A stretch of DNA of 64,000 nucleotides, taken from assembly GCF_006345805.1 (NCBI RefSeq), contig NC_042999.1, positions 149,172,001 to 149,236,000 of the forward strand. Direction: 5' to 3'. The position numbers and the translations under genes were made by a program. The stretch's first letter is position 1, and every line of letters begins with the position of its first letter. The notes under the pieces are model-generated. The model did no database searches. It worked only from the letters and a program-made list of their open reading frames with translations, and was not told where the DNA came from. The stretch comes from Octopus sinensis (Eukaryota). Shown in pieces: positions 28,701 to 43,700 of this stretch.

Positions 28701-29517
28701 AGTAATCTGAATACTGAAGGGTTAATATTAAAATGAGCAAATAACAGTATAATAACTGTTGTATCTGGGGAGAGTCATTTTCTTTTTGTGCCTTATAATG
28801 TAATACACTCACCGGTAAAATTTCCACTTATTTCTTATTTTTATTTTCCTAAAATTTTCGTTGTGCCTTGCAATAAGAAATAAGTGGAAATTTTACTGGT
28901 GAGTGTGTTACATTATAAGGCACAAAAAGAAAATGACTTTCCCCAGACACAATAGAATATTCTTCAACACACGAACTCATATAAAGAATCTTGCAAACCA
29001 AATCCAAAACGAAGTCTAATAACTTTTCTTAGTAAAATACAAAATAAAGAAATTTGTAGAAGATAAAAGTGAGTGTAAATTAGTGTGGATTATGAGAGGT
29101 TCCAGACCATTAGTGTCTGCAAAGTTGATGTTGTATTTGTAATAGAAGGAAAAATAAATGGTAAACACTGAAGTGAAAGACCTAGTTTGATTCCATCAGG
29201 GCCTGGACAAAATTATCATATGGCGAATGTGCAAAAATGGCAGATACATGTAAAAAGGGATGTTTAACGGTAAGAAAATGATTCAAAGAGCAATTAGAAA
29301 TACGTTTATTTGAAAATGTGGAGGATAAAATTAAAAGTTACCATTATTTCAAGATCCTCTTTTTGTTTTTCTTCTACTGACTTCTCTTTGATACGACGCA
29401 GCAACAGTGAATATCGTGTCAGGCGTTGCATTGGTGTAATTATAATGTCAATCAATCGTAGCCGTTTGCACAAGTTGGTGTTGCTTTCAGCCCACTGCAA
29501 TGGACAAATATATCTTT

Positions 29518-29561
<44 letters not shown>

Positions 29562-32500
29562 AAAAGTAACTGCCTTTTCAAAAGCATGGTCATCTATTGA
29601 TTGGTCTATAACATTTCTCTCAAAAGTGTTTCTTTCATTTCTGTTGTAATACATTTCATTATCTATTCATCCTCTTATTATATTGAAGCTGTTTCAAATC
29701 TGCTGACTTTGCTTTATTCCTTTATGGAGCAAATATCCTAAGATCTCACCTTACCAGTTCTTCCCAGAATTATGTATGCCACAACACCTTTTGACCAACC
29801 AACCAACCAACCAACCAACCAGCCAGCCAGCCAACCAACCAACCTGCCTGCCTGCCTACCTACCCCCACCCCCCATGCATGCATGCATACATACTGTTAG
29901 GATAAAGCTGAAGATCAGTGAAAAAGAAAATACCTATGCTGAAATTTTGAGGAATCTACAGTTATTCTATTCAGATTACAAGTTCAAGTTTATACCTGTA
30001 ATTATTGGGGTACTGGGATATGAAATATACTGCCTAAATACTAATCTTGAGAAATTAGGCTTCTCAAAACCGGAAACTAAAAAGCTGATTCAAAGACTAC
30101 AGATCCAATCCATCAGTGGAACTGTAAAAATCTGTAAAGCTTTCTAGAAGTTTATCATTTAAGTATAGATGAGCATGTCTAGACATGCAACTATGAGCAT
30201 TTCTAGACATGCAACCATGAGCATGTCTAGATATGCATGAGAAGACATACATAGAGATCTAGTCATATACATACATACAAAAATACCCTGTTGTTGATGT
30301 TGAAATTCCAATGAAGAAGCCTTGGATCTAAGTTAGAAACTGGCTCTTTCTCTATTGGCAAGAAATCTTGAAATAAAACTGAATAATGAGATACATACAT
30401 AAGTACAAACATTTACACAAACAATATACATGCATTTATAGGACTATACATACATATTTATGTTCATGTACACATTTATGCGTGTGTGTGTATGTCTGTA
30501 TATGCATGAATACATGCACATATGCATTTATATATCTGCATGCACACATACATATATATAATTTTGCTTTTTTTTCTTCTCTCCCTGTCAATTTCTGTTT
30601 GTCTGTCTGCCTCTCTTTCTCTCACTTAGTGCCTTTGATGCATAACTAACCAACCTCTTAGTTTTTCGGTTAATGGTAGAACACAAAGATAATCGTGGAA
30701 TGTCTTGAAGCATTATTATGTAAGTTTTGGCTCCAGATAATAACTGAAACTCTGAATATTTAGCTTAGCATCGGTACCTATTACGGGAATTCTACAAACA
30801 TATTTCTAGCTTCTGTAATTACACAGAGATTTCAATGTAAACAACAGTAAAAAACACTCAAAAATCAACCTCACCCTCTCCTTGAAAAACTATAAAGCAA
30901 AAGCACTAAAATGGGAAAATATCCTAGTTAGAAAAAAAGAAAAGAAGTGCAATTAGATGTCTATTAAATGATAAGATATTTTAGAAAAGCCTAACAATAT
31001 CTTAAGACAGAACAGCCCAGCAATATTATAAGAAATATCTTAGGATACCAGTCTATGTCCTTTTGACTCGTTTAACTCCTGCAAAGTGCCAGAAGATTAA
31101 CTCTTTAGCATTAAAACCGGCCATATCTGGTTCAAATATTCTACCAGTTTTATGTTCAAACCAACCAGATCCAGCCTCTCAAACCTACCCTACTATGTCA
31201 TTCTAAAAGTAAACAATCACAATGAAATCTTGAAGCTAGGAGATAATGTATGATTGATTAAAAAAACGTGAACAAGAGCACTCAAAGAATGCAAACCTCC
31301 ACCAAGGCAACACCAGCGTCCTCTCAATGATTAGCCAAAGATGATTTTTAAAATGAGAATATCTTAAATAAACTCGACTGCTTTTACAAATGAGAATACT
31401 AAAAATGAACCTGACCGCTCTCAAAAATTAAGTAAAAAAACTGGAAAAATAATCCAGAATCTTTGTCTGGTACTGGATCGACCCCAAAATCTAATCAGTT
31501 TGGGTCAGTCACGAGGCCAAGCATCCCTGAAAGTTTCATCCAAATCCATCCAGTGGCTCTTGAGATATCTTGTCCATGGAAAACAAACATGACTGAAAAC
31601 AATACCTCTGCCTTCGCTAAGGTGGAGGTAATGAATATGCATTATGTCTGATAGAGTAATTTGAATGCTAAAGGGTTAAGGCAAAGTACCTTCCCTCATT
31701 TATACTGGGTGTAGCATTAAACTGCATCTGATGGTGAGGCTCCAGCTTGGGAGTTCTGGAGAGTGTGAAGTCACTCTTTATTATCATTATTCCTATGTCA
31801 GCAGTACTTGTCAGGGTCCTATCTAGCGGTTAAATAAATTTTTGTAAGGGTAAATCGAGGTCTTTAGCTATGGTGAAAGCGATCAATCTAGAAGGGAAAC
31901 CCTGAAATGAATACCCTCTTTCAACATGCCCAAAGTCAGCATGGAAAAGTATGGCGGATAAAACTAACATAAAGCATCTTATGTTGGAGCCCATTCTGCT
32001 GCAGACAGAGACAGCAGGAGCTGAATGATCTTCACTCATATATGTCCAATTCCACTGTCACTGCTGCCACCATCACACTACCTCAGTTCTTCTCCAATGG
32101 TTTCAATGGTGACAGTCAATTTCTTTATTAACCATGAGGTTGAGAAAAAGAGGGGACGATACGAGGACAGACAAAACAAATATTGGGGTCAGGGTATTGA
32201 ATGAGATGAAACATATGAATAAACAAACAATTAAAATACATACAATTAAATGAGAATGAGTGATTTAAAAATGAAGTGGAGGACGCGGCTGACCCCACAA
32301 ACCACAAACTCACACTGAAGACTTTGCTTTCTCTTTTTCATATTCTCGTTTAAACAAGTTCTTTCACTTGCAACATACTTGCTATAGATTTCCATCTTTT
32401 ACAAAACACACTTTGTGATAGGCATTTCTTCTTCAGCCTTATTTTCCGTTTCATGTGGAAAATGAAAAAGTCGATTAGCTCGAGACTGGAGATGAACATG

Positions 32501-35500
32501 CCTGTTGCAATTCCTTTCACTCTCGTCTTCCATACTACCTCTTACACAACAGCAACTGCCGAGAGAAAACAGGCTCACTCTCCCTATTCAGGGAGGTCAG
32601 CGGAATGACAGTCAGTGGCTGAAAGGTGCAACATCAAACTCTCTTATTCACCAAAATGTCACATATCAGGAGGTTTCAAGTAGTGAAAGTGAAGCTAGAC
32701 TGATGGTGGTGCTCCAGCATGGGCAAGCTCTCAGACTGAAACTAGTAGAAAAAAAACAAACAAAAAAAAAACTCATGCTAAAAGATATAGAGGGGAACCT
32801 CATTGTTGTTTTTGGGTCAAAAGGATGTAAGTAAAAATAGGAAAATCGAAAAACTTACCGCTACAAAATTCTTGAAATACTCATTGCTACTATATTGGGT
32901 CTTAATATAGTTCTGGCAAAGCATTTGATCAGCGCAGAACCTTTGGTATGGTTTCATTAATTCTGGGAACTGAAGGAAAATGAAAGAACAAATAATAAGA
33001 TACATTAGAAGTATGTATATGACTGAAAAAAGGTTTTAACTCTTTTGAGGATCATGGACAAAATATGCAACAAATGAAAAGTGCTGCAACCAGCAAACAC
33101 AAAAAGATCATTATTTCAACTATTTAAAAGAATGAAAGCAAAAGTATTTGGTCATATATTAAGAGCACAAGGTACATACAAACTATTACAGCTACAACAT
33201 TGATTTTTTTGGAATCTTAGGTCATAAAGTCTTTTTGGATTACTTATTTTTCTAAACTAAGGGTAAGCACCTTGGCCAACACACTCTAAATTAAGCAAAT
33301 ATGAAACTTAAATAATTAAATGAAATAGAGGTATCTGAATATAAGTGTAAATTAGTGTGGATTATAAGTGTCTAGAAAGCTGGTGTTGCCCCTGTACTAG
33401 AAGGTAAAATAAATGGTTAACACTGGAGAGCAAGACCTAGTTTGATTACATCAAGAACTGGACTTAAACTAACATATGATGAATGTGTTAAAAAGTGCAG
33501 AGAAAAAAACCCAAATGCAGTTCCTTGATATTCAGCTTGCTCAGAGCAAATGATATGTAATGAATGAATATATAACACTGAACAAGACCATGCACACACA
33601 TACAAACAAACAACCACTTCCACCATCGTTCTTATGTTTGCTTTTCCATGCTGGCATGGGTTGAGTGAAACTTTTTGATGCAGTGTTTTATGATTGAACA
33701 CCCTTCTTAATGGCAACCTTTTTTGTTACTTTTTTTGGCATACAGGGATATGGTATACTTATTCTAAAAACCAAGACAGATACAGACACACACAGTATAA
33801 AACCCACAATAAATATGTTAAAAAAAGGTATGAAAGAGGTAACCAATTATATATTATTTCAAAACAAGACTTCAATACTTTACTGAAGTGCAATAGAAAT
33901 ACTTGAAGAAAATGATGATGTGCAAAATAAAAATCTTAAACAAGATTTACTGGTTAGCTTAATTACCACTTGAAGGATGATGATGATGATAATTTATTTC
34001 TAACACATTTGGTGAGTGGGGAGAATATATAGCCAATTAAATTGCCTTCAGTACTTGACTTCTACTTATTTCATTGAGATCAAAAGAATGAAAAAGAAGT
34101 TAAACTTGATAAGATTTCAACCCAGAAATGTAAAAAGAATTAAATACAGCAAAGCAATTTTTCAGTTGCTCTAGCAATTTTATCACTTTACATTGTTCCT
34201 AATATATATCAAAGTGCAGAATATGTAATGAACACAATTGAAGATACCATTCATGGTTAACCAGACCTTTCAAAGTCAGAATATATCCACAGCAACACTG
34301 ATGTTGGTCCTTCGGGCAAGGACATTTCAATGTGAAAACTGAGAAGAAATGGTAGTGGCCTGCTTTAACATGGTACATGATAATGGATTGGTAACAATAA
34401 TCTGGAACATGTGCGTCCAATGAGATCAAAGTGAATCATCCTGATAAATCATCAAAGACAGAAAGAGAACCACTGAGTTCTGAGAGCTATTTGAATCCCT
34501 TCTCACAAAAGGTTTGTTTGGAAGGAAATTAAGAAGCTACCAAGGTACAAAGATCTTGAAATGGAAATAAACAGGGTGTGGGAGAAAACAGTAAAACCAG
34601 TACCAATAGTAATTTGGTTGTGGTAGCCATGTGTCTCCTCTACAGCAAGACATTTGTTTCCATCTCTCTATCATAAATTTAAACCTCTCATCACCTGGCA
34701 CAAAACCACTTCTCTCAATACTACTTACTCCCCCTCTCAGTTGAAGAGTTTTTATGTTGCAAGTTACTTGGTGACCTTGCTGACGCTGGCACCATGTAAA
34801 AAAATGCACCCAGTACATTCTGTGAAGTGGTTAGTGTTAGGAAGGGCATCCAGCCATAGAAGCCATGCCAAAGCAAACAGTAGAGCTTGACACAGTCCTC
34901 TAACTTGCCAGCGCCTGTCCAATCACCCGACCCATACCAGCATGGAAAACGGATGTTAAAAGATGATGATGATAACTATACTAAGGCTTACAGTACTGCA
35001 AATAATAATAATAAAAAAAAAAACACTTTCCATACAATAACCATCAGAGCATCACAACAAATCACAGCACATACCCAAGGCACACAGAGCTGCGCTCGGT
35101 AGTGAAGTGAAAGCACACTATAAAAATAAAACTACTGAAGAAGAAGAAGAAGAACAACAACAACAACAGCAACAGCAACAACAACAACAACAACAACAAG
35201 TGCCTAATAATCGATGTAGCAGTGCCAGGAGATCAACATATCATGAAAGAAAGAGAAAAAGTTGATAAATATGGAGACATGAGAATTGAGATTGCTAGGA
35301 TGGGGCAGCCATGAGAGTCGAGCATAAAAGTTATCCCTATTGTCATCAGAGGATTGGGTTCAATACCACCCAATCTGAAAAAAACACCTGAAAACCTTAG
35401 AGATACCGTACAATCTAGGTGTATTGCAAAAGTCGGCATTACTTGGAACTGCACGCATATGCATATTGTGTAAAGTACTGTCTGTCTGAGGTCCTTGCCA

Positions 35501-37677
35501 TGACTTGACAGACAGTACAATACCCCGGTAGATACAATATCTTCAATCAACAATCTCACAATATTGAATACTATGCAAAGCCCTGATAGATATAGCCCAC
35601 TTGTGAAAGTTTCATTTCAATAACAATTTATACAGTATACTTTTAGCACAGCTCACATGCTGTACAAAATAATCACCCACATTTTACACATGGAAATTGG
35701 ATGTAAGAGATAATAATGATAATAGCTATACTCTTACATAATTGACACCCAACACGATAATACATCCCACGCATCACCGATAATTCACACAATTTGCATA
35801 CCCACACAATAATTGCTACCACCCAAAATTATAAATAAATGCACACAACACACATGAAAATACAATCACCATCCCATGCAGATAAACCTTTCACCTTTTA
35901 ATACCTGACAAAATAACATGATTTCCATATTACATTCAACACAAGAAGTGAATAAAACACTAAAATAATGCCAGAAACAACAAAAGAATTCCCACAACAA
36001 TGCAAAATAAATGTAACAGAGAAATAAAATTCAACGGGCCACAATGACAATGCTGTGTGTACTTCATGAACACAGCGGTACACCTGCTTGTGGTGAGGCA
36101 GACATTCACATAGAAGTGTCATAAACATGACAATGATGATGATGATGTTAATGATGATTAATGATGGTGACCCATGCCAGCATGGAGGGCGGGCGTTAAA
36201 CGATGAGGATCTTTACCTTTTGACCTACAGATTTAAAAAATAATTTTTTGTAACTAAGCATTTTCAAACTTCAGACACTGGTAGAATGTGTCATATAAAA
36301 CATCTTTTACTCGTAACATTTTTGAGAAAAACTTATATTTATGAAGTTATTTCATGTTAAAGTTCTTGTATTTCGGTAATTTCAGCCAATCAATGACATG
36401 TATTCAACTGAATAAAATTACTGCTGTTGTTTGTCAACAAGAACTTGTGGCGACATATATTTCATTTGTCACTGTTATTTATGACAACCCTAAAACCCTA
36501 ACCTAAAACCAGTACAAATGCCTGAATGATGTCATAAATAACAGTGGCAAACGAAAAATACACTGCTGATAGTTGTTGTTGACAAACAACGGCAGTAATT
36601 TTATTCAGTTAAATGCATGTCATTGATTGTTTGAAATTACTGAAATATGACAACTTTAACATGAAATAATTTCGTAAATATAAGTTTTTCTCAAAAATGC
36701 TAAGAGTAAAAGATGTTTTATATGACAGATTCTACTAGTGTCCGAAGTTTGAAAGTGTTTAGTTACAAAAAATTATTTTTTAAATCTGTCAGTCAAAAGG
36801 TAAAGATACGACAATGATGATGATGGCATAATAACAAGAAAAAACAGTGTCAAATTTAAGTACAAAACAGTTTTGAAGGGGAGGAGTTAGTTGATACTGT
36901 GAATCCCAGTATGTTACTGTACTTTATTTCCCTGACCCTCAAAGGATGGGAGGCAAAACTGACCATGGCCGGATTTGAATGCAGAAGAAATATTACAAAG
37001 CATTTTGTCTAATGCCCTATATTCCGCCATATTGTTGCATGTAATGATAATAATAAGCCTTTCTACTCTAGGCACAAGGCCTGAAATTTGGTGGAGGGGA
37101 CTAGTCAATTACATCGACCCCAGTATGCAACTGGTACTTATTTCCAATCCCCCCACAAACAAATCAACCCTTAAACCAATAATTACCTTTGTAAAGCCAT
37201 CCTTTAGTAAACTGGGATTAATTGGTTCATGTGTTTGCCGAGAGACTTTCAAAGATTCACAGAGGTACTCCTTCCAAAATTTACTGTTGGCTGCAAACAC
37301 TTCAACAATATTACTAAACAACATTTCTATATCAATCTGAAAAAGGAAGAAATATGAAATTTGGTCAGAATATGAAATACAATGACAGAGATGGGAATGC
37401 ACAGGAGTTTGGTGAAGAAGAAAGAATATATGTAGTTTGTGTTGAAAAAAAAGAAAAAAGAAAAAGAACAAGAATTCAGTTTGCTTTGGTTTATGTAATG
37501 TAAAAACACTGCATTTACTCTATAATTGCCCATGGGCATAGAGTGTAATGGCTAAGAGCACAGACTGCTAACCCTAAGATTGCAAGTTCAATTCCAGGCA
37601 CCAAGATCAGTTGTCAAGCGATGGTAGGGGGACAAACACAGACACACACATAGATACATATACATACATATATATAT

Positions 37678-37733
<56 letters not shown>

Positions 37734-40700
37734 ATATTTTTTTTTCAAAAATATATATGACGGGATTCTTTCAGTTTCCATCTACCAAATCCACTCACAA
37801 GGCTTTGGTCAGCCCGAGGCTATAGTAGATGACAAATGCTCAAGGTGCCATGCAGTGGGACTGAACCTGGGACCATGTGATTGGTAAGCAAGCTGCTTAC
37901 CACACAGCTGCTCCTGCGCCTGTTTCTAATTTAGACATGAGGCCAATAGTTTTGAGGTGAGGGATTGGATGATACCTAATATTTAGCTGATGCTATTTTA
38001 CAAGTCCCAAAAAAAATGAACTGCAAAGATGACATCAGCAGGATTTGAACTCGGCATGTAAAGAGACAGAAGAAATACCAAAAAGTTGCTGTGGATATTT
38101 TGTTCCCAGGTCAAATAATTTATACAGTGTTTCAAATTCAACAAAGCACAGAAAATGTTTTTTTTTATTTCTGGTTAAAACATCTATTACCAGTGAAGAA
38201 CGATTATTCTAGGGAAGTGGGATGAAACTCAATGCTATAAGACATTTAACACAAAACTATTGTTGAGACAACAGCCTAGGTTTATATCCACTCTTATCTT
38301 GTAAGATCTGGTAGTTATGGATGGTTGGATTATGTTTCACTGATGAGACTTAATAAGACTGAAACAGGACTAATGTCATCCCTGTACAATCAAAAATCAG
38401 ACTAGTCACCCATGCATGCTATTTTAGATTAATTTAAATTCCATGGTTGTCTCCACTAGTTTCTCTTGACCAGAATCAATTACTAAAATGACTGATTTCT
38501 CTCGTTTCAATGGGTGTGATTTTAATTAATTAAAATATTTTACCTTACTACATTAATTACGTGAACAAATACTTCAGAAAGTAATAAGCAAAAAATTTAG
38601 TGTAGACTATAATTTTTTCCATATTATATTTAAGAAGAAAATAATTGCCAAACAAAATGATAAACAAACAAACATACACACATGCATACATGTAGAGAGA
38701 GAGATGAAACTTATTTACCTCTTTCATGACACCAGGCAGTTCCTTTTGTACAGCTTGAAGGCAACTCCTAAATCGCTGAAATTTGAAAACAGAAAATGGA
38801 TAACTAAATCGACAAAAGAGAATAGGGCTCTCATGCAGTGGTGGACTGGGTCTAAAAATATGGCTGTCAGGAGACTAAGGGGGCCCACCCGCAACTACAA
38901 GGGGGGCCACCTGAAACTACAATGCTATCATTTAACTTTTTTTGTTAAAAGTATTTTTCTCAACCGTCTACAAACATAGCCAAGCATTCTTCCAGGAGTG
39001 AATAAAAAATTCTCAAACTTGAGGGGATGGGCCCCTTAGATACTAACACGGGCCCCCATATATGGATTCTAATGGTGCAGGGGCCCACTTGCCATTCCAC
39101 CACTGCTCATGTGTTTGGAGCAAGGGTGTAGTTTGTTATATCAACCTCAATAGTTAACTGGTATTATTTACATGAGATCAGTATCTACTCTCATCTTCCT
39201 CTAAATGAGGGGTATGAAGATAGTAAGGACTTGGTTGAAGAAGGGAGTCTCTACCCTCAGTCTTTCAATCTTATCCACTGTATAATTTCTTTTGCCATTG
39301 CCACCAGATCTGTGTTTCTCATGGCCAGTATGCGCGTTCCATGAAGATTGAAAAGGAGGGAGACAAGCTAATTGCTATGTTTAACCCTTTCGTTACCGTA
39401 TTTATTTTGAGATGCTCTGTGTTTCTTTGAATTACTTTAAATATAACAAAGAATTTAGTAAAATAACTTGGTTATCATTCAGCTACTGTTACGAACATAA
39501 ATTGTGACTAAGGTTTGGTGGAAGATTTTAATTCAAAATTTATGAAAACAAGACATTTGTATTCAGAGCCAGAGCCGGTTTCAGCTGGGTTGGTAACGAA
39601 AGGGTTAATAATATCAAGAGTGTTTCAAATTTTTTTAACTTGTCCTACACTACAGTGAAGATGAATCAGGCTGTAGCATGGGACATTCGAGGAAAAAAAG
39701 AAATGAACCAAAAGTTGGCCATTATAAAGAGAAGTTGCTGATCCCTCTCCTAAAAAAAAAAAAAATTTACAATAGCTTATGGAGGAGATGACAAAGGTGT
39801 GAGATATATGGAGCATCACTATACTCAAGAAGACCCATCTGTCACAACAGAATTCATCATCATCATCATTTAATGTCAATTGTCCATGCTGTTCTTGGGT
39901 TGGATGGTTTGACTGGGCTGGCACACTGGAAAGCTGTGCCAGGCTCCTGTCTGATTTGGCATGGTTTTCTACTGCTGGATGCCCTTCCTAATGACAACCA
40001 CTCTGAGAGTGTAATGGGTGCATTTATGTACCATCGGCACGGGTGCCATTTGTGTGACACCGGTATTTGCCACGACTGCGATTTTGCTTGGCTTGACGGG
40101 TCTTCTTCTCAAGCACGACATAATGCCAAAAGTCTTGGTCATTGCCTTCATGAGGTCCGGCACTCGAAAAGAGCTTGGCTACTTTGCCTCCATGAGGCCC
40201 AATGCTTGAAAAACTATGGCTCCTCTTAAAAAGTGCTGGTGCAACGTAAAGAACATCCAGTACACTCTGTGAAGTGGTTGGCATTAAGAAGGGTATCCAG
40301 TTGTAGAAACCGTGTCAAAACAGACAATGGAACCTGGTGCAGCCTCTGGCCTTGCCAAAGTTGGTCAAACAATGCAACCCATGCTAGCATGGAAAATGGA
40401 CGTTAAATAATAATGACAGGTATTGCTTACCTTTCTCTGACTAAATCAAGAGTTGTAACAAGTAACAAGAAAAAAGGAAAGAAAGTTCAAAGTTAAAACA
40501 CAGTTATAATTTATCTGCATATTATTTGCATATTCATGTATTGTTTATTGAGTAGAATAATCACTGAACTTATAAACTTTTTCCAATAACCTGCCCAATT
40601 TGAGATGTTTTTTCTTTTTTTTTTTATACAGAAAAAAAAGAAGAAAAATCAATACAATTTCTACTGTTAGAGTAAGTTAATATTTCAGTCACAGCTGTAG

Positions 40701-43700
40701 AAATTTAAGAAAAAAATGGTGATAATTTAGAATGTGAAAAATTAATGTTTCTTATTGCATACACTTGTGTGTGCGTGCGAAACAAAAAGAACATTAATTT
40801 TACACATTTTATATTTTATCTTTTTTTCTTAAATATGTTTTTTTTTGTGTAATGCTAAGAGCTGATGAACAGTACCAGCATTTTTGACTTGAGTTAAATA
40901 TAACAAACTACTGCAAATTGTTAGAGTATCCGCATAAGTAAAGACAAGACCAACTAGAGGAAGGGTTATGTAATGGATGCATTTCCAATTATATCTTATG
41001 CAAACCTGAAAGTGTACATATTAATTGGTTTGACTTCATTATTACAACAGTATACATAATGAATAGATAGAGATAAAGTATCCAGGCAGGTACTGTAGAA
41101 TTAAATCCAGTACCAGTTGTGTACTGGGGTTGATCTAACTGACTGGCCCCCTTCCCAAAAATTTCGGGCTTTGTGCCTAGAGTAGAAAAGAATTATATAT
41201 CTATCTAAAAAGCACCTATACTGGTACCATGTAGAAAGTACCCCTTGCACCGCACCATTTCCAAACCCCTGTTTTACACAGTGAAATTAATAATTCCTGG
41301 AAGGAATTAGATGTGAATGAAGCTTAAAGCATTTGAGGAAGACTGACTGAATGACTCATATTCAAACTTAATTTTGTGTTTAAAAAAATTACTATGTTAA
41401 CATGGTAACAAAGCAACAATGCTCCACAATAAAGATGTAGCTCAGACCTGAAAGCTATCTTATATGTGTATATCTAAAACACAATATTGTTCTGTTTGCA
41501 CCTTGATCAGCCCTTAATGGTTAAAGAACCTTTTTTCTGTTACAGTTTTACTTCTTATGGGAAACAATACAAGAAAATGTAACATACGGATAAACCATAA
41601 GATAGAGAAATAATAATAAAAAGCTTATCATCATCATCATCATCATCATCATCAGATGAAAATAATTTTAACTTTGGCATAAGGCCACAAATTTGGAGGC
41701 AGGGTATAGTCATTTGAAGTGACCCTGATACTTGAGAGATGCTTTTACTGATCCAGAAAGGATGAAGGGCAAAACTGACCCTAAAAGGATGAAAGGCAAA
41801 TGAGCCCCAGGAAGGATGAAAAGCAAAGGTGATTGTGGAAGAAACCTTTCTACTGGAGGCACAAGGCCTGAATTTTGGGGGAAGGGAATTAGTCGATTAC
41901 ATCAGCCCCAGTGTGTAACTGGTGCTTATTTCATCGACCCTGAAAGAATGAAAGGTAAAGTTGACCCCGGCGGAATTTGAACTCAGTACATAGTGACATG
42001 CGAAATGTCACTAAGCCTTTTGCCCAGAGTGCTAATGATTCTGCTAGCTCACCACCCTTGACTGTCGAAGAATGAAAAGTGCAGTTGGCCCCACAAGAAT
42101 GAAAGGCAAAGCTGAGACAAAAAGCTGGAAAACAAAGATCATTCTGGAAAGTTAAAAGGTAAAGTTGACCCCCGAAGGATGAAAAGCAAAGTTGACCTCA
42201 ATATCATTTGAAATCAGAAAACAAAAATGCTTTAACTAAGTCTTGCAAGACATTTTGTTTATAATGATTCTGTGAATCCATGATATTCATTATTTTCATT
42301 CAGCAATTATCTGGAGAAATAATTCTGATTATAGTTACTTACAGTTGTTATCACTTGAAGAGATTCTATGTATGTAATTTCTGTGCTAAGTAACTCCCAT
42401 ATCACTTCCTGTTGACTCTGGGTTTCTTTTGGAAGGTCCTAAAAAGAAAAAGCAAAAAGCATAAGTTAACCCTTTTGGCCCAGCTGGTACATATTTGTAC
42501 CAGTCAAAAATTTTACAACCCAAATCTTTAAAATTCCCATTCTATGTGATGCAGTATAGAACCACTCCAGTTTTTCTGATAAGTATGTAGCGCCAGACGT
42601 ATGATCGGAATGTATGACACTATAATGACAGCTCAAAAGGCTCACATGTGTACACCCTGCCCCAGCTATTACCAATTTCAGAAAAAATTCTTGAGGAAAG
42701 AATTCTGGGTTGAAAGTACAGTTGGTAATAACTTAAGTTATTTTCAATAAATCCTTTTCTATTTGTAGAATGTGTGTTTTAAATAGCATTGGCTGTGATG
42801 CTCAAGTCCAAATGTAGGTTAAATTCCCAGGTAATCACAATAGGCTTTAATGTAGCTTGTAGTGTTCCTCCTGGTTTTATTGCAGGAAATATTGCCCTAA
42901 GATTTAGTGCTCAAAACCTTTGGTCCTCATTTAAAAAAATATATAAATAAATAAATAAATAAATAAAAAACAGTAGCTATTTCTCAAGGACTACTTGGTT
43001 GTTACATAATGTGGGTAAAATTTGAAAGGGTCAATAATAGTTTCAAATTTTGGCACAATGCCAGCAAGTTCAGGGGAAGGGATAAGTTAATTATATTGAT
43101 CCTGGTGTTCAGCTGGTACTTATTTTATTGACCCCGAAAGGATGAAAGGCAAAGTTGACCTCGGCAGAATTTGAACTCAGAACATAAAAATGGACAAAAT
43201 ACTACTAAGTATTTCATCTAGCATGCTAATGATTCTGCCAGCTTGTTGCCAGTAGCTTAAGTTAATAACGGTAATAATTGTTTAAATTTTGGTATAAGGT
43301 CAGCTGTTTGGGTGTTCAGCTCAGTTGATTACATTGACCCCTGTACTTGACTAGTACTTGATTTTATCAACCCCAAAGGAATGAAGGACAAAGTTGTCCT
43401 TGGTGGGATTTGAGTTTTGCATGTAAAGAGCTAGAAGAAATGTGCTAAGCATTTTGAAGTGCTCATGGCTCTGGCATCATAATTTTAATGCTTACTTTTT
43501 CATGCTCGCATGGGTCAGGTGAAGAGAAATACAAACTCACACACACACAAACACACATATGACAGGCTTCTTCCAGTTTCCTATTTCTTTTACTACCCAC
43601 AAGGGGCTAAACACAGAGAGGACAAACAAGGACAGACAAACAGATTAAGTCGATTATATTGACTCCAGTACGCAACTGGTACTTATTTAATCGACCCCGA

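Noticed and set aside
36487-36529. Telomere or chromosome-fusion site
   Set aside because: Only three or four degenerate units, sitting in the spacer of a fold-back element
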